NCBI RefSeq assembly: GCF_021054785.1
Contig: NZ_CP088239.1
Coordinates: 870,001-902,000 of the forward strand
Reading direction: 5' to 3'
Length of the DNA: 32,000 nucleotides
DNA from: Tannockella kyphosi
GTDB taxonomy: Bacteria > Bacillota_I > Bacilli_A > Erysipelotrichales > Coprobacillaceae
Numbering within the stretch: the stretch's first letter is position 1; each line of letters begins with the position of its first letter. The position numbers were made by a program, and so were the translations under genes. The notes beneath the pieces are model-generated. The model made no database searches and had not been told where the DNA came from. It saw only the letters and a list, made by a program, of their open reading frames with translations. Of this stretch, positions 1 through 8,283 are shown in pieces.

Positions 1-266
1 TTGTTTTACAAAAGATATCGAAAAAGAAAAGACTTATTATGTTTATTAGTGGTATTATTGGTTCTTTTACAAATACTATATTTGTTTTAGGAGGAATTTA
101 TTTTATTTTTGGTACTACTTATAGTCAAACAATAGGGATTGAGGTAAATACTTTATTAATGTATTTTATTACTGTAGTAGGTATTCAAGCAGTAGTAGAG
201 GCATTATTAGGATCTTTTATTAGTTGTAGTGTGGCTAAACCACTTTTATCTTTAGGAGGTAAGTAG
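1..266 (+). CDS. ECF-type transporter substrate-specific (S) component, C-terminal part (5' end lies outside the window); possibly pantothenate-specific (PanT-like)
   Basis: The frame is open from the window edge, with no stop upstream of the listed ATG at 39. The product is a run of hydrophobic helices. The stop at 264-266 directly abuts the coaBC ATG at 267. The family call rests on composition and context only. Confidence 0.4.
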   Translation, partial: VLQKISKKKRLIMFISGIIGSFTNTIFVLGGIYFIFGTTYSQTIGIEVNTLLMYFITVVGIQAVVEALLGSFISCSVAKPLLSLGGK

Positions 267-1445
267 ATGAAAAAAACAATTCTAATTGGAGTTTGTGGTA
301 GTGTTGCAGCATATAAAAGTGCGCAATTAGTAAGTGATTTATTAAAATTAGGGTATGATATTGAAGTAGTCATGACTAAAAATGCTACTAAATTTATTCA
401 ACCAATGACCTTCGAAGCATTAATTAAAAAACCTGTTTATATTGATGTAGTCGATAAATCAGAAGGGTACCAAATAAAACATATAGAATTAGCTAAAAAA
501 GCTGATTTATTTATAGTAGCACCTTGCTCTGCTAATACATTAGCTAAATTAGCGAATGGTTTATGTGATGATATGTTGTCTACTACTTTTCTTGCATGCA
601 CTTGTAAGAAATTAATAGCCCCTGCTATGAATACGGCTATGTATGACAATCTAGCTACACAAAGAAATATTGAGCGTTGTTTAAGTTATGGTATTACTTT
701 TGTTGAACCTGGCAATGGTTTGTTAGCTTGTGGAGATGTCGGTAGAGGGAAACTTGCGGATATGGAAGATATCAAAGAAATGATTGATTACTGTTTGGAA
801 GAAAAGCTTTTAAGAAATAAAAAAGTATTAATTACTGCGGGACCAACGCAAGAAGCAATCGATCCTGTTCGTTATATAACAAATCATTCTAGTGGTAAAA
901 TGGGGTATGCATTAGCAAAAAAAGCATTTCAATTAGGTTGTGATGTAACATTGATAAGTGGCCCGGTGAATCTAAAAGTACCTTATGGTATTCAACATAT
1001 TTCAGTAGTTAGCGCTAGCGAGATGTTGGAAGCTGTAAAAGGATGTTATTTAAAACAAGATATTATTATTAAAGCAGCTGCAGTTGGTGATTATCGTGCC
1101 AAGACAGTAGCTAGTAATAAAATTAAAAAAGGAAATCAAGATATATTCATTGAGTGTCAAAAAAATGATGATATTTTGGCTTTTCTAGGAAATCATGTAA
1201 CGAAGCAAAAACTATGTGGTTTTGCAATGGAAACTGAAAATTTGATTGAAAATGCCCAAAAGAAGTGTATTACAAAAAACTGTGATTTACTTGTTGCTAA
1301 TGATTTAACAACATCTGGAGCTGGTTTTCAAGTGGATACCAATAAAGTATTCTTTATTACCAAAGACAATGTTCAAGAGTTGGATTTAATGACAAAAGAT
1401 GAACTGAGTAAAGAAATATTATTAACGTTAAGTAAGGAGAATTAG
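267..1445 (+). CDS. coaBC: bifunctional phosphopantothenoylcysteine decarboxylase / phosphopantothenate-cysteine ligase
   Basis: SD taggagg lies upstream. The N-terminal flavoprotein signature is ILIGVCGSVAAYKS...MTKNATKFI. The C-terminal CoaB signature is KVLITAGPTQEAIDPVRYITNHSSGKMG. At 392 aa the length is typical. Confidence 0.95.
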   Translation: MKKTILIGVCGSVAAYKSAQLVSDLLKLGYDIEVVMTKNATKFIQPMTFEALIKKPVYIDVVDKSEGYQIKHIELAKKADLFIVAPCSANTLAKLANGLCDDMLSTTFLACTCKKLIAPAMNTAMYDNLATQRNIERCLSYGITFVEPGNGLLACGDVGRGKLADMEDIKEMIDYCLEEKLLRNKKVLITAGPTQEAIDPVRYITNHSSGKMGYALAKKAFQLGCDVTLISGPVNLKVPYGIQHISVVSASEMLEAVKGCYLKQDIIIKAAAVGDYRAKTVASNKIKKGNQDIFIECQKNDDILAFLGNHVTKQKLCGFAMETENLIENAQKKCITKNCDLLVANDLTTSGAGFQVDTNKVFFITKDNVQELDLMTKDELSKEILLTLSKEN

Positions 1446-1447
1446 TT

Positions 1448-2233
1448 ATGTTAATGGCAGTAGATATAGGAAATACAAATATTACCATTGCTATTTTTGA
1501 TGAAGAAGAGATTGTTGGACATTATCGTTTAACAACTAAATTTCAAAGAACTAGTGATGAATATGGTTTTATGATATTAAGCTTTTTACAAGCTTCTAAT
1601 ATTCAAATAGATAAAATTAAGGATATTATTTTATCTTCTGTAGTACCTAAAATAAATTATTCTTTTGTTAATTCATTAAAAAAATATTTATTAAAGACAC
1701 CGATTATTATAGGACCTGGTATTAAAACTGGGATTTCTATTAAAATAGATGATCCTAAAACATTAGGAGCTGATCGTCTTGTAGATGCAGCTGGTGCTTT
1801 CAATTTATATGGAGGACCTTGTATCGTAATTGATTTTGGTACTGCAACTACTTTTGATGTTATTAATGAAAAAGGAGAATTTTTAGGAGGAACAACTGCT
1901 CCTGGTATTAATATTTGTAATAATGCATTAAGTTTACAAGCAGCTAAATTACCAGAAGTAGCTATTGAAAAACCACCTTTTGCAATTGCTAAAAATACAG
2001 TAGATAGTATGCAAGCAGGAATTGTTTTTGGTTATATTGGCTTAACTGATCATATTATAAAGGTTATAAAAAAAGAGTATGGACAAGATATGAAAGTTAT
2101 TTCAACAGGTGGATTAGGGAGACTCATTTATAACGAGTCATCATATATTGATGTATATGACCCTGATTTAACATTCAAAGGATTAAAATATATTTATGAC
2201 AAAAATATCGCATTAAAAAATACATTCAATTAA
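1448..2233 (+). CDS. coaX: type III pantothenate kinase
   Basis: The N-terminus is LMAVDIGNTNITIAIF. Motifs GADRLV and IVIDFGTATTFD are present. SD aaggag lies 8 nt upstream. The gene is adjacent to coaBC. Confidence 0.95.
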   Translation: MLMAVDIGNTNITIAIFDEEEIVGHYRLTTKFQRTSDEYGFMILSFLQASNIQIDKIKDIILSSVVPKINYSFVNSLKKYLLKTPIIIGPGIKTGISIKIDDPKTLGADRLVDAAGAFNLYGGPCIVIDFGTATTFDVINEKGEFLGGTTAPGINICNNALSLQAAKLPEVAIEKPPFAIAKNTVDSMQAGIVFGYIGLTDHIIKVIKKEYGQDMKVISTGGLGRLIYNESSYIDVYDPDLTFKGLKYIYDKNIALKNTFN

Positions 2234-2744
2234 GGATGTATTTTTTATATATTTGCAATTGTTTTAATAAATATAAAATACTTACTAGAAGGCTGATTTC
2301 AACAACTATGTTAATGGAACCAAAAAATACTAAAAAAATACCAATACAACTAATACAATACATGCATAATTGAAATAACTTTTGATAAATAGAATAATCA
2401 ATATATTTATATTCTTCAATAAATAAAGCAAGTAAATAAAACAATAAAATATTAGAAAAAGTAGTAATCATAACATGTAACGTACTAAAAATATCATTAC
2501 TTTCTACATGATAAGGAAGTAATGCTCCTAAAAGCATCGTTAATGAAGTGAGTATAGTTAATTTTAGATATTTATTATTCCCTTTCGATAATAAATAACA
2601 ATGATAGGTAAGGGTAATGTTTGTACTAATAATCACAAATAAATAGACAAAATAATAGCCTTCACTATAAGAAAAATAGGTAATATTTTGATGAACACTT
2701 GGTAATAAGAAAGCAACACCAATATAAATAAGAAAAAGTAACAT
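2226..2744 (-). CDS. hypothetical polytopic membrane protein (about 5-6 predicted TM helices)
   Basis: This is a 172-aa ORF of almost entirely hydrophobic segments, with codon usage like its neighbours. I do not recognise a family. Its 3' end overlaps the coaX 3' end by 8 nt (convergent). Confidence 0.5.
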   Translation of the reverse strand: MLLFLIYIGVAFLLPSVHQNITYFSYSEGYYFVYLFVIISTNITLTYHCYLLSKGNNKYLKLTILTSLTMLLGALLPYHVESNDIFSTLHVMITTFSNILLFYLLALFIEEYKYIDYSIYQKLFQLCMYCISCIGIFLVFFGSINIVVEISLLVSILYLLKQLQIYKKYILN

Positions 2745-2806
2745 TTTTTAAACTCCTTAAAGTAATTGTTGATATTTTAAAGTATAACATAATGGAGGAT
2801 AATTGA

Positions 2807-3142
2807 ATGGAAAAAATAAACGATAATGAAGTAAAGTTAACAAAAGTCAATGTAGAAGTAAGTAAAGAGTATCAAAAATATTTACCTAGCTTAGTAAAAG
2901 CTAAGTTAGAGGTTCATTACCATGGTGATGTAACACCATCTATTTCTTGTGTTGTATCAGTAGGACAAGAAGATAGCATTGCATTATTTGAAATAAAGTT
3001 AGAATATGAAGTGCCAGTAATGTCTTTATCCAGACAAGGAGAGTATATTGATCAGATTGGTGATATTATCAAACCACGAATAGAAGATTTAATCAATTAT
3101 ATTATCATTGAAACAGGGCATACGTTATGTGAAAATAACTAG
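2807..3142 (+). CDS. hypothetical small cytoplasmic protein
   Basis: This is a 111-aa ORF with SD ggagga 7 nt upstream. It lies 44 nt upstream of dpaA on the same strand. The family is not recognised with confidence. Confidence 0.5.
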   Translation: MEKINDNEVKLTKVNVEVSKEYQKYLPSLVKAKLEVHYHGDVTPSISCVVSVGQEDSIALFEIKLEYEVPVMSLSRQGEYIDQIGDIIKPRIEDLINYIIIETGHTLCENN

Positions 3143-3186
3143 GAAACTTTCTATAACATAGGACATATGATATATGGAGGTGACTT

Positions 3187-3918
3187 ATGAGAGCATATGT
3201 GGATTGTAGTGATAAAAGAAGTGAATCGATTAAGGATAGTTTGAAACAAGCAGGATATTGTCTTTTATCAAAGAATTTGATAAAAGATTGTTCTTTGGTT
3301 TATTTAGGGATGCAAGGGGATAAATATAGTGATCAAGATTTTATGTCTTTGGCAGATGTATATACCCTTTGTTATCATCCAGCGATAGAAAAACAGTGTG
3401 AATTATCGAATGCAAAATATCACAATCTTAGTAATGATAAAGATTTTGTTTACCAAAATACATTATTTACTATTGAAGGATTAATAGGTTATTTAATTAC
3501 AAATGAAAAACAGTCAATACATGATAATACTTATTTAATTTTAGGTTATGGTAATTTAGGAAAACAAGCATATAAAGTCTTAAGGGCATTGGATGCTTGT
3601 GTTTATGTAGCAACAGATAATATCGAGGAACATTTCCAATTACAAAAAGATGCTATTTTGTATTCTCTTTTATCTTGTTGCTATCCTAGAACAATAACAG
3701 TTATTATTAATACCGTTCCTGCACCTGTTATTTCATTAGAAAATGATAATGTTAAAATCTATGATTTGGCATCTAAGCCTTATGGTTTAAATGAGTTGAT
3801 AAGTAGTCTATCTTATCAACGATTAAGTAGCTTACCAACGTATTATCATACACCTTTATCAGGAAAGATGATTGCAAATACAATAATGAAGAGGGATGAT
3901 TTAATTGTTAACGAATAA
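3187..3918 (+). CDS. dpaA: dipicolinate synthase subunit A (SpoVFA/DpaA), short form
   Basis: Aligns by eye to B. subtilis SpoVFA: NTLFTIEG vs NSIPTVEG. The Rossmann motif is ILGYGNLGK, followed by INTVPAPV and YDLASKPYG. It is followed by dpaB. At 243 aa it is shorter than the roughly 300-aa Bacillus protein, and the N-terminal domain is the shortened part. Confidence 0.85.
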   Translation: MRAYVDCSDKRSESIKDSLKQAGYCLLSKNLIKDCSLVYLGMQGDKYSDQDFMSLADVYTLCYHPAIEKQCELSNAKYHNLSNDKDFVYQNTLFTIEGLIGYLITNEKQSIHDNTYLILGYGNLGKQAYKVLRALDACVYVATDNIEEHFQLQKDAILYSLLSCCYPRTITVIINTVPAPVISLENDNVKIYDLASKPYGLNELISSLSYQRLSSLPTYYHTPLSGKMIANTIMKRDDLIVNE

Positions 3919-4495
3919 AAAAATTGGTTTAGCTATTACTGGTTCTTTTTGTTCTATGAATGATATGTTAGAAGTAATTGATTATATTAATAAGAATCAT
4001 GGTGATTTGTATGTTTTGTTTAGTGATACGATCCGTAAATATGATACTCGATTTAATAAATCGAGTGAACTAATTAAACAAATAGAAAGAAGAATAAAAA
4101 GACCAATTATTGATGACATCGTTCAAGCTGAAAAGTTTGGTCCAATAGAAAAACTAGATTTAATGATTGTATATCCATGTAGCGGTAATACCCTAGCTAA
4201 ATTAGCGACGGGTATTAATGATAATGCTGTAACAATGGGCTGTAAAGCAACTTTACGTAATCAAAGAAATATATTAATAGGGTTGTGTACAAATGATGCT
4301 TTATCTACCAGTGGAAAGAATTTAATGCAACTATTAAATACAAAACAATATTATTTTATACCGATGATTCAAGATAATGTGCTAGATAAGCCCAATAGTA
4401 TGATTGCAAGTATCAAACATCTTGCTCCATCTATTGAATGTGCATTACTAGCTAAACAAGTGCAACCTGTTTTTATAGGTGATAGTGATGCTTAA
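3905..4495 (+). CDS. dpaB: dipicolinate synthase subunit B (SpoVFB/DpaB), flavoprotein
   Basis: The N-terminus KKIGLAITGSFCS is typical of DpaB. The flavoprotein-fold motif PCSGNTLAKLA is present. The start is TTG and overlaps the dpaA 3' end. Confidence 0.9.
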   Translation: MLTNKKIGLAITGSFCSMNDMLEVIDYINKNHGDLYVLFSDTIRKYDTRFNKSSELIKQIERRIKRPIIDDIVQAEKFGPIEKLDLMIVYPCSGNTLAKLATGINDNAVTMGCKATLRNQRNILIGLCTNDALSTSGKNLMQLLNTKQYYFIPMIQDNVLDKPNSMIASIKHLAPSIECALLAKQVQPVFIGDSDA

Positions 4496-5552
4496 AGTAG
4501 TTAAGTTTGGTGGTAGTTCTTTAAAAGATAAAAAGAGCAGAGAAAAAGTGATTGATATTTTGATGAATGAAAAAGATAAATTAGTTGTAGTTGTTAGTGC
4601 GATGGGGAGATATCCCCAAGCCTATGCTACTAAAACATTAGAAAGTCTTATTTCAACAAAAGTAACGGTACAAGAAAATGCTCGTATTATTAGTGTAGGA
4701 GAAATTATTAGTAGCGTTATTTTATCAAATGAATTACAAGAAAAAGGTTGTAAAGCGTTGTCAATATCCAGTTATCAAGCAAAAATAATAGTCAAAGAGA
4801 ATCAAATTAAATCGATTGATACAAAATATATAAATAGTTTGTTTAAAAAATTTGATATTGTTATTGTGCCAGGTTTCCAAGGTATTGATGAACAAGGAGA
4901 AATACAAATATTAGAAGCAGGGGATAGTGATTATAGTGCTGTTTGTATAGGACAGGCGTTAGGATTGGATAAGATAACAGTATATTCAGATGTTTGTGGT
5001 ATTTATACAGGGGATCCTCATTATATTTATAATCCAAGATTATTAAATGAAGTAAGTTATATTCAAGCAATGAATTTAGCTACTCATAAAGCAAGGATTA
5101 TTTGTTATAAAGCTTTAGAGCAAGCTCAAAAACAAGATGGATTTGTCATTAAATTACAATCCACCTTTCAAAAAGATTATAAAACATTGGTTTCTAGTAA
5201 AACAAGTAATCATAAAATGATGTCTATTGATTTTGATTATTATTTAATTAAAGTAGAACAGTTAATTAAAAAGGATGAATATTTTATTTATGAAATGATG
5301 AATGACTTAGCAATTATAAAGAAAGAAGATGTAACGAAACTACAAGCTAATTATAGTATTGTTAATAAGTTAACAAAAGTTCATTTTGTTAACTGTGCAT
5401 TGGATAATCAACCTATTTGTCAAAACTATTTGGATGGCATGTGTATACCTAGTAATAGGGAGAAAGATAGTTATTATATTGAAAAAAGAAAGGAAATTGA
5501 AGAGCTTAATCAATTACATGATATCATTGTTAGAGATGATCGTTATGTTTGA
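4488..5552 (+). CDS. dapG: aspartate kinase (DapG-like)
   Basis: The N-terminus MLKVVKFGGSSL is the classic aspartokinase start. I prefer the ATG at 4488 (SD aggtga 5 nt upstream) over the listed GTG at 4479. Its position between dpaB and dapA matches B. subtilis. The C-terminal regulatory region looks divergent. Confidence 0.85.
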   Translation: MLKVVKFGGSSLKDKKSREKVIDILMNEKDKLVVVVSAMGRYPQAYATKTLESLISTKVTVQENARIISVGEIISSVILSNELQEKGCKALSISSYQAKIIVKENQIKSIDTKYINSLFKKFDIVIVPGFQGIDEQGEIQILEAGDSDYSAVCIGQALGLDKITVYSDVCGIYTGDPHYIYNPRLLNEVSYIQAMNLATHKARIICYKALEQAQKQDGFVIKLQSTFQKDYKTLVSSKTSNHKMMSIDFDYYLIKVEQLIKKDEYFIYEMMNDLAIIKKEDVTKLQANYSIVNKLTKVHFVNCALDNQPICQNYLDGMCIPSNREKDSYYIEKRKEIEELNQLHDIIVRDDRYV

Positions 5553-6381
5553 TATTATTACTGCTTTAGTTACTCCTTTTAAAGAGGATAACCGTATTGA
5601 TTATTTATCGATTCATAGATTAATGGATTATTTAATAAAGGAAGGGAATACGCATTTTGTTTTGTGTGGTACAACGGGTGAGTGTTCTTGTTTATCAATG
5701 AAAGAAAAAATAGAATATATTCATTATATGATTCAACATTTTAAACAGTGTCGTTTTATTGTTGGTATTAGTAGCAATTGTACAAAAGAAGCAATTTATC
5801 AAATGGAACAATTATCAATCATTGAAAAGATAGAGGCATGGTTAGTTGTTACACCATATTATAACAAACCAAATCAAGAAGGATTGTTTCAACATTTTGA
5901 TGCAATAGCAAAAGCTAGCGATAAAAATATCATTTTATATAATGTTCCAAGTCGAACTAGTGTAACTCTACAAACAAATACAATTATAAATCTTGTTAAA
6001 AACAATGATAATATTATTGGTTTAAAAGAGGCAGGAGATATAAAAGATGCGGTTTTATTAAAAGAACAGTTACCAGGTTTTTGTGTTTATTTAGGTAGTG
6101 ATGAACTATTAGAGGCTGCTATTATGATGGAATTAGATGGGGTTATTTCGGTAGCAAGTCATCTTTTGTATAAAACGATGGAGGATGCTGCTAGAAAAGA
6201 AGCAATAGATTATTTTGATTATAAACTAAAAGTAAACTATTTATTTAAAGATAGTTCACCAGCTCCAATCAAGTATCTTTTATCCCAAAAGAAATTAATT
6301 CAAAACTATTTACGCTTACCTTTAGTTCCGGTGTCTAATGAGATGTCAGCCCAGTTAAATCGAGTCTTTAGGAGTAACTAG
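5545..6381 (+). CDS. dapA: 4-hydroxy-tetrahydrodipicolinate synthase
   Basis: The protein starts MFDIITALVTPF. GTTGE is present, and the active-site lysine context is IIGLKEAGD. I take the start at ATG 5545, which overlaps the dapG stop. The 53 extra N-terminal codons in the ORF track overlap dapG and are not DapA-like. Confidence 0.9.
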   Translation: MFDIITALVTPFKEDNRIDYLSIHRLMDYLIKEGNTHFVLCGTTGECSCLSMKEKIEYIHYMIQHFKQCRFIVGISSNCTKEAIYQMEQLSIIEKIEAWLVVTPYYNKPNQEGLFQHFDAIAKASDKNIILYNVPSRTSVTLQTNTIINLVKNNDNIIGLKEAGDIKDAVLLKEQLPGFCVYLGSDELLEAAIMMELDGVISVASHLLYKTMEDAARKEAIDYFDYKLKVNYLFKDSSPAPIKYLLSQKKLIQNYLRLPLVPVSNEMSAQLNRVFRSN

Positions 6382-6409
6382 TTTTTTATTCTAGTTACTT
6401 CTTTTTTTC
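6373..6409 (+). terminator. intrinsic terminator after dapA
   Basis: A 9-bp stem pairs agtaactag with ctagttact, followed by tcttttttt. Confidence 0.7.
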
Positions 6410-6465
6410 TAGAATTGTGGTATACTATTTTAATGAACAATACAGTGGATATTTTATAGTGTCTA

Positions 6466-6474
6466 TGCTATAAT
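6466..6474 (+). promoter_or_regulatory. extended -10 promoter element (TGcTATAAT) upstream of rnj
   Basis: TGcTATAAT is an exact TGnTATAAT match. A second, weaker TGgTATACT lies at 6418-6426. Neither has a convincing -35. Confidence 0.4.
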
Positions 6475-6551
6475 ACTGCTACTAATTACTATCGAAATAA
6501 AAGAAGAATCATTATTTATATAAATAATAGTTTTAGAAAAAAGGAGAAAAC

Positions 6552-8243
6552 ATGAAAAAAGACAACATTCGTATCTTGCCTCTAGGAGGGCAAGCGGAGT
6601 TAGGGAAGAGTATGTATTGTATTGAAATTAATGATAAAATCATTATATTAGATGCTGGATTTAGATTCCCTGAAATTGATAAATTAGGAGTAGATATTAT
6701 TATTCCTAGTTATGATTATTTAATTGAAAATAAGAAAAAGGTAAAAGCTATTATTATTAGTCATGGTCATGATGATGTAATGGCAGGATTACCTTATGTA
6801 TTACAAGTCGTAAATGTTCCAGTTTATGCACCAAATTTAACAGCTGATTTAATTGAACAAATGATGGATCGTTATAATCGTCATAATTCAAAAATTAATT
6901 ATAAATTAAACCGTGTTAAACGTAATGGTTCTATTACCATTGATGGAATACCAATCGAGTTCTTCCCGGTAACACATTCTATTCCAGGAAGTGTTGGTAT
7001 TGCTATTTGGACTAGTGAAGGTTATATCGTTTATACAGGAGAGTTTATTATTGATTTTGGAGCTCCTGAAGGATTTGGTTGTGATATTCAAAAGATGATG
7101 GAAATCGCTAAAAAAGGTGTTTTAGCAATGCTTGTAGAATCGTCATATGCAACCAAAGATGGATATACTTCACCTAAGCATAAGTTAACACCGTTAATTG
7201 AAAATATTTTTGAGGAAACAGAAGGTAGAATGATTATTTCTACTTATGCACAAAATATTTTTAGAACAAAAGAAATTCTAGAATTAGCACGTAAATACAA
7301 TCGTCGTGTTGTATTTTATGGACGTGATAAATATGATAGTACGAATAGTATAGTTCGTATTGGTCAAAAGTTAAAAAAAGCTATTATTGATATATCACCA
7401 GATATTATTGCTTTTAAAGGAGATATTAATAAACCTGGGGTAAAAGAGAAACTTGTGGTTATGTTAACTGGTAGTCCTAGAACTATTTATCATGATATTT
7501 GTGATATTATTGATGGTGGAGATGAATTCTTAAAGTTAGAAAAAGATGATACTTTTATTGTTGCTTCACCAGTTTTACCAGGAACTGAAAAAATTGCAAC
7601 TAGAGCACAAAATGAATTATATAAAACAGATTCAAAAATTCACTTATTAAAAAGTAAAAGTTTATATTCGATGCATGCTTCACAAGAAGATATTAAAGTA
7701 TTAATTCAAATTTTTAATCCTACATACTTTATTCCTGTAAAAGGAGAATATCAACATTTTGTTGCTAATATGAAAATAGCAAAAGGAATGAATATTGCGG
7801 ATGAAAATATTGTTATCTTAGATAATGGAGAAAGAATTACATTTAAAGATGGAAAATTAGCAGGATTTAGAGATGCTATTGAAGTAGAAGATGTAATGAT
7901 TGATGGTATTGGTGTTGGTGATGTTGGAGAAAAGGTTATTGATGATCGTATTCAATTATCAAATGATGGAGTAGTTATTATTGGTTTAACAATAGATAGT
8001 AAAACCAAAGATATTGTAACTACAACAGATGTACAATCAAGAGGATTTATTTATTTAAGAGATAGTGAATATATTATTCGTACAATCATTGAAATGAGTG
8101 AAGAACAAATAGCGACACTTAAAAAAGATCCGAAATTAGAAGTAGTTGAAATAAGACAAATTATAAAAGATAAAGTAAGTCGTTATATTAGTAAAGAAAC
8201 TGGAAAAAGACCAGTTATTTTACCAGTAGTAATAGAAGTATAG
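6552..8243 (+). CDS. rnj: ribonuclease J (metallo-beta-lactamase / beta-CASP family), J2-like
   Basis: The N-terminus IRILPLGGQAELGKSMY is typical of RNase J, with a beta-CASP and C-terminal domain architecture over 563 aa. It sits directly after dapA, the position of rnjB (ymfA) in B. subtilis. Motif II reads HGHDDV (see findings). Confidence 0.93.
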   Translation: MKKDNIRILPLGGQAELGKSMYCIEINDKIIILDAGFRFPEIDKLGVDIIIPSYDYLIENKKKVKAIIISHGHDDVMAGLPYVLQVVNVPVYAPNLTADLIEQMMDRYNRHNSKINYKLNRVKRNGSITIDGIPIEFFPVTHSIPGSVGIAIWTSEGYIVYTGEFIIDFGAPEGFGCDIQKMMEIAKKGVLAMLVESSYATKDGYTSPKHKLTPLIENIFEETEGRMIISTYAQNIFRTKEILELARKYNRRVVFYGRDKYDSTNSIVRIGQKLKKAIIDISPDIIAFKGDINKPGVKEKLVVMLTGSPRTIYHDICDIIDGGDEFLKLEKDDTFIVASPVLPGTEKIATRAQNELYKTDSKIHLLKSKSLYSMHASQEDIKVLIQIFNPTYFIPVKGEYQHFVANMKIAKGMNIADENIVILDNGERITFKDGKLAGFRDAIEVEDVMIDGIGVGDVGEKVIDDRIQLSNDGVVIIGLTIDSKTKDIVTTTDVQSRGFIYLRDSEYIIRTIIEMSEEQIATLKKDPKLEVVEIRQIIKDKVSRYISKETGKRPVILPVVIEV

Positions 8244-8265
8244 CAAGCTTTAGGCTTGCTTTTTT
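8242..8265 (+). terminator. intrinsic terminator after rnj
   Basis: The stem pairs gcaagc with gcttgc around a 5-nt loop, followed by TTTTTT. Confidence 0.7.
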
Positions 8266-8283
8266 CAAAGAGGGAGAGAGCTT

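Noticed and set aside
2226-2233. An 8-nt tail-to-tail overlap of coaX and the membrane-protein gene with no terminator.
   Set aside because: It is real in the sequence, but it is a common arrangement in compact genomes. Nothing further is supported.
3138-3172. A sigma-K type promoter upstream of dpaA. AC at 3146-3147, a 16-nt spacer, then CATAtgaTA at 3164-3172 is a full consensus match. A second candidate is AC-17-CATAggaCA at 3157-3165.
   Set aside because: The perfect match would start transcription inside the dpaA SD (GGAGG, 3176-3180). The alternative has an imperfect -10. CATA...TA strings are frequent in AT-rich DNA, so this is left as unproven.
5386-5544. A long N-terminal extension of dapA (listed start 5386). 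Similar upstream extensions are listed for the DUF896 gene (18231), tkt (18621), the first M16 gene (15567) and the sirA-like ORF (20693).
   Set aside because: The extensions overlap upstream genes or promoters and have no family-like sequence. In each case an internal ATG with a proper SD gives the canonical N-terminus.
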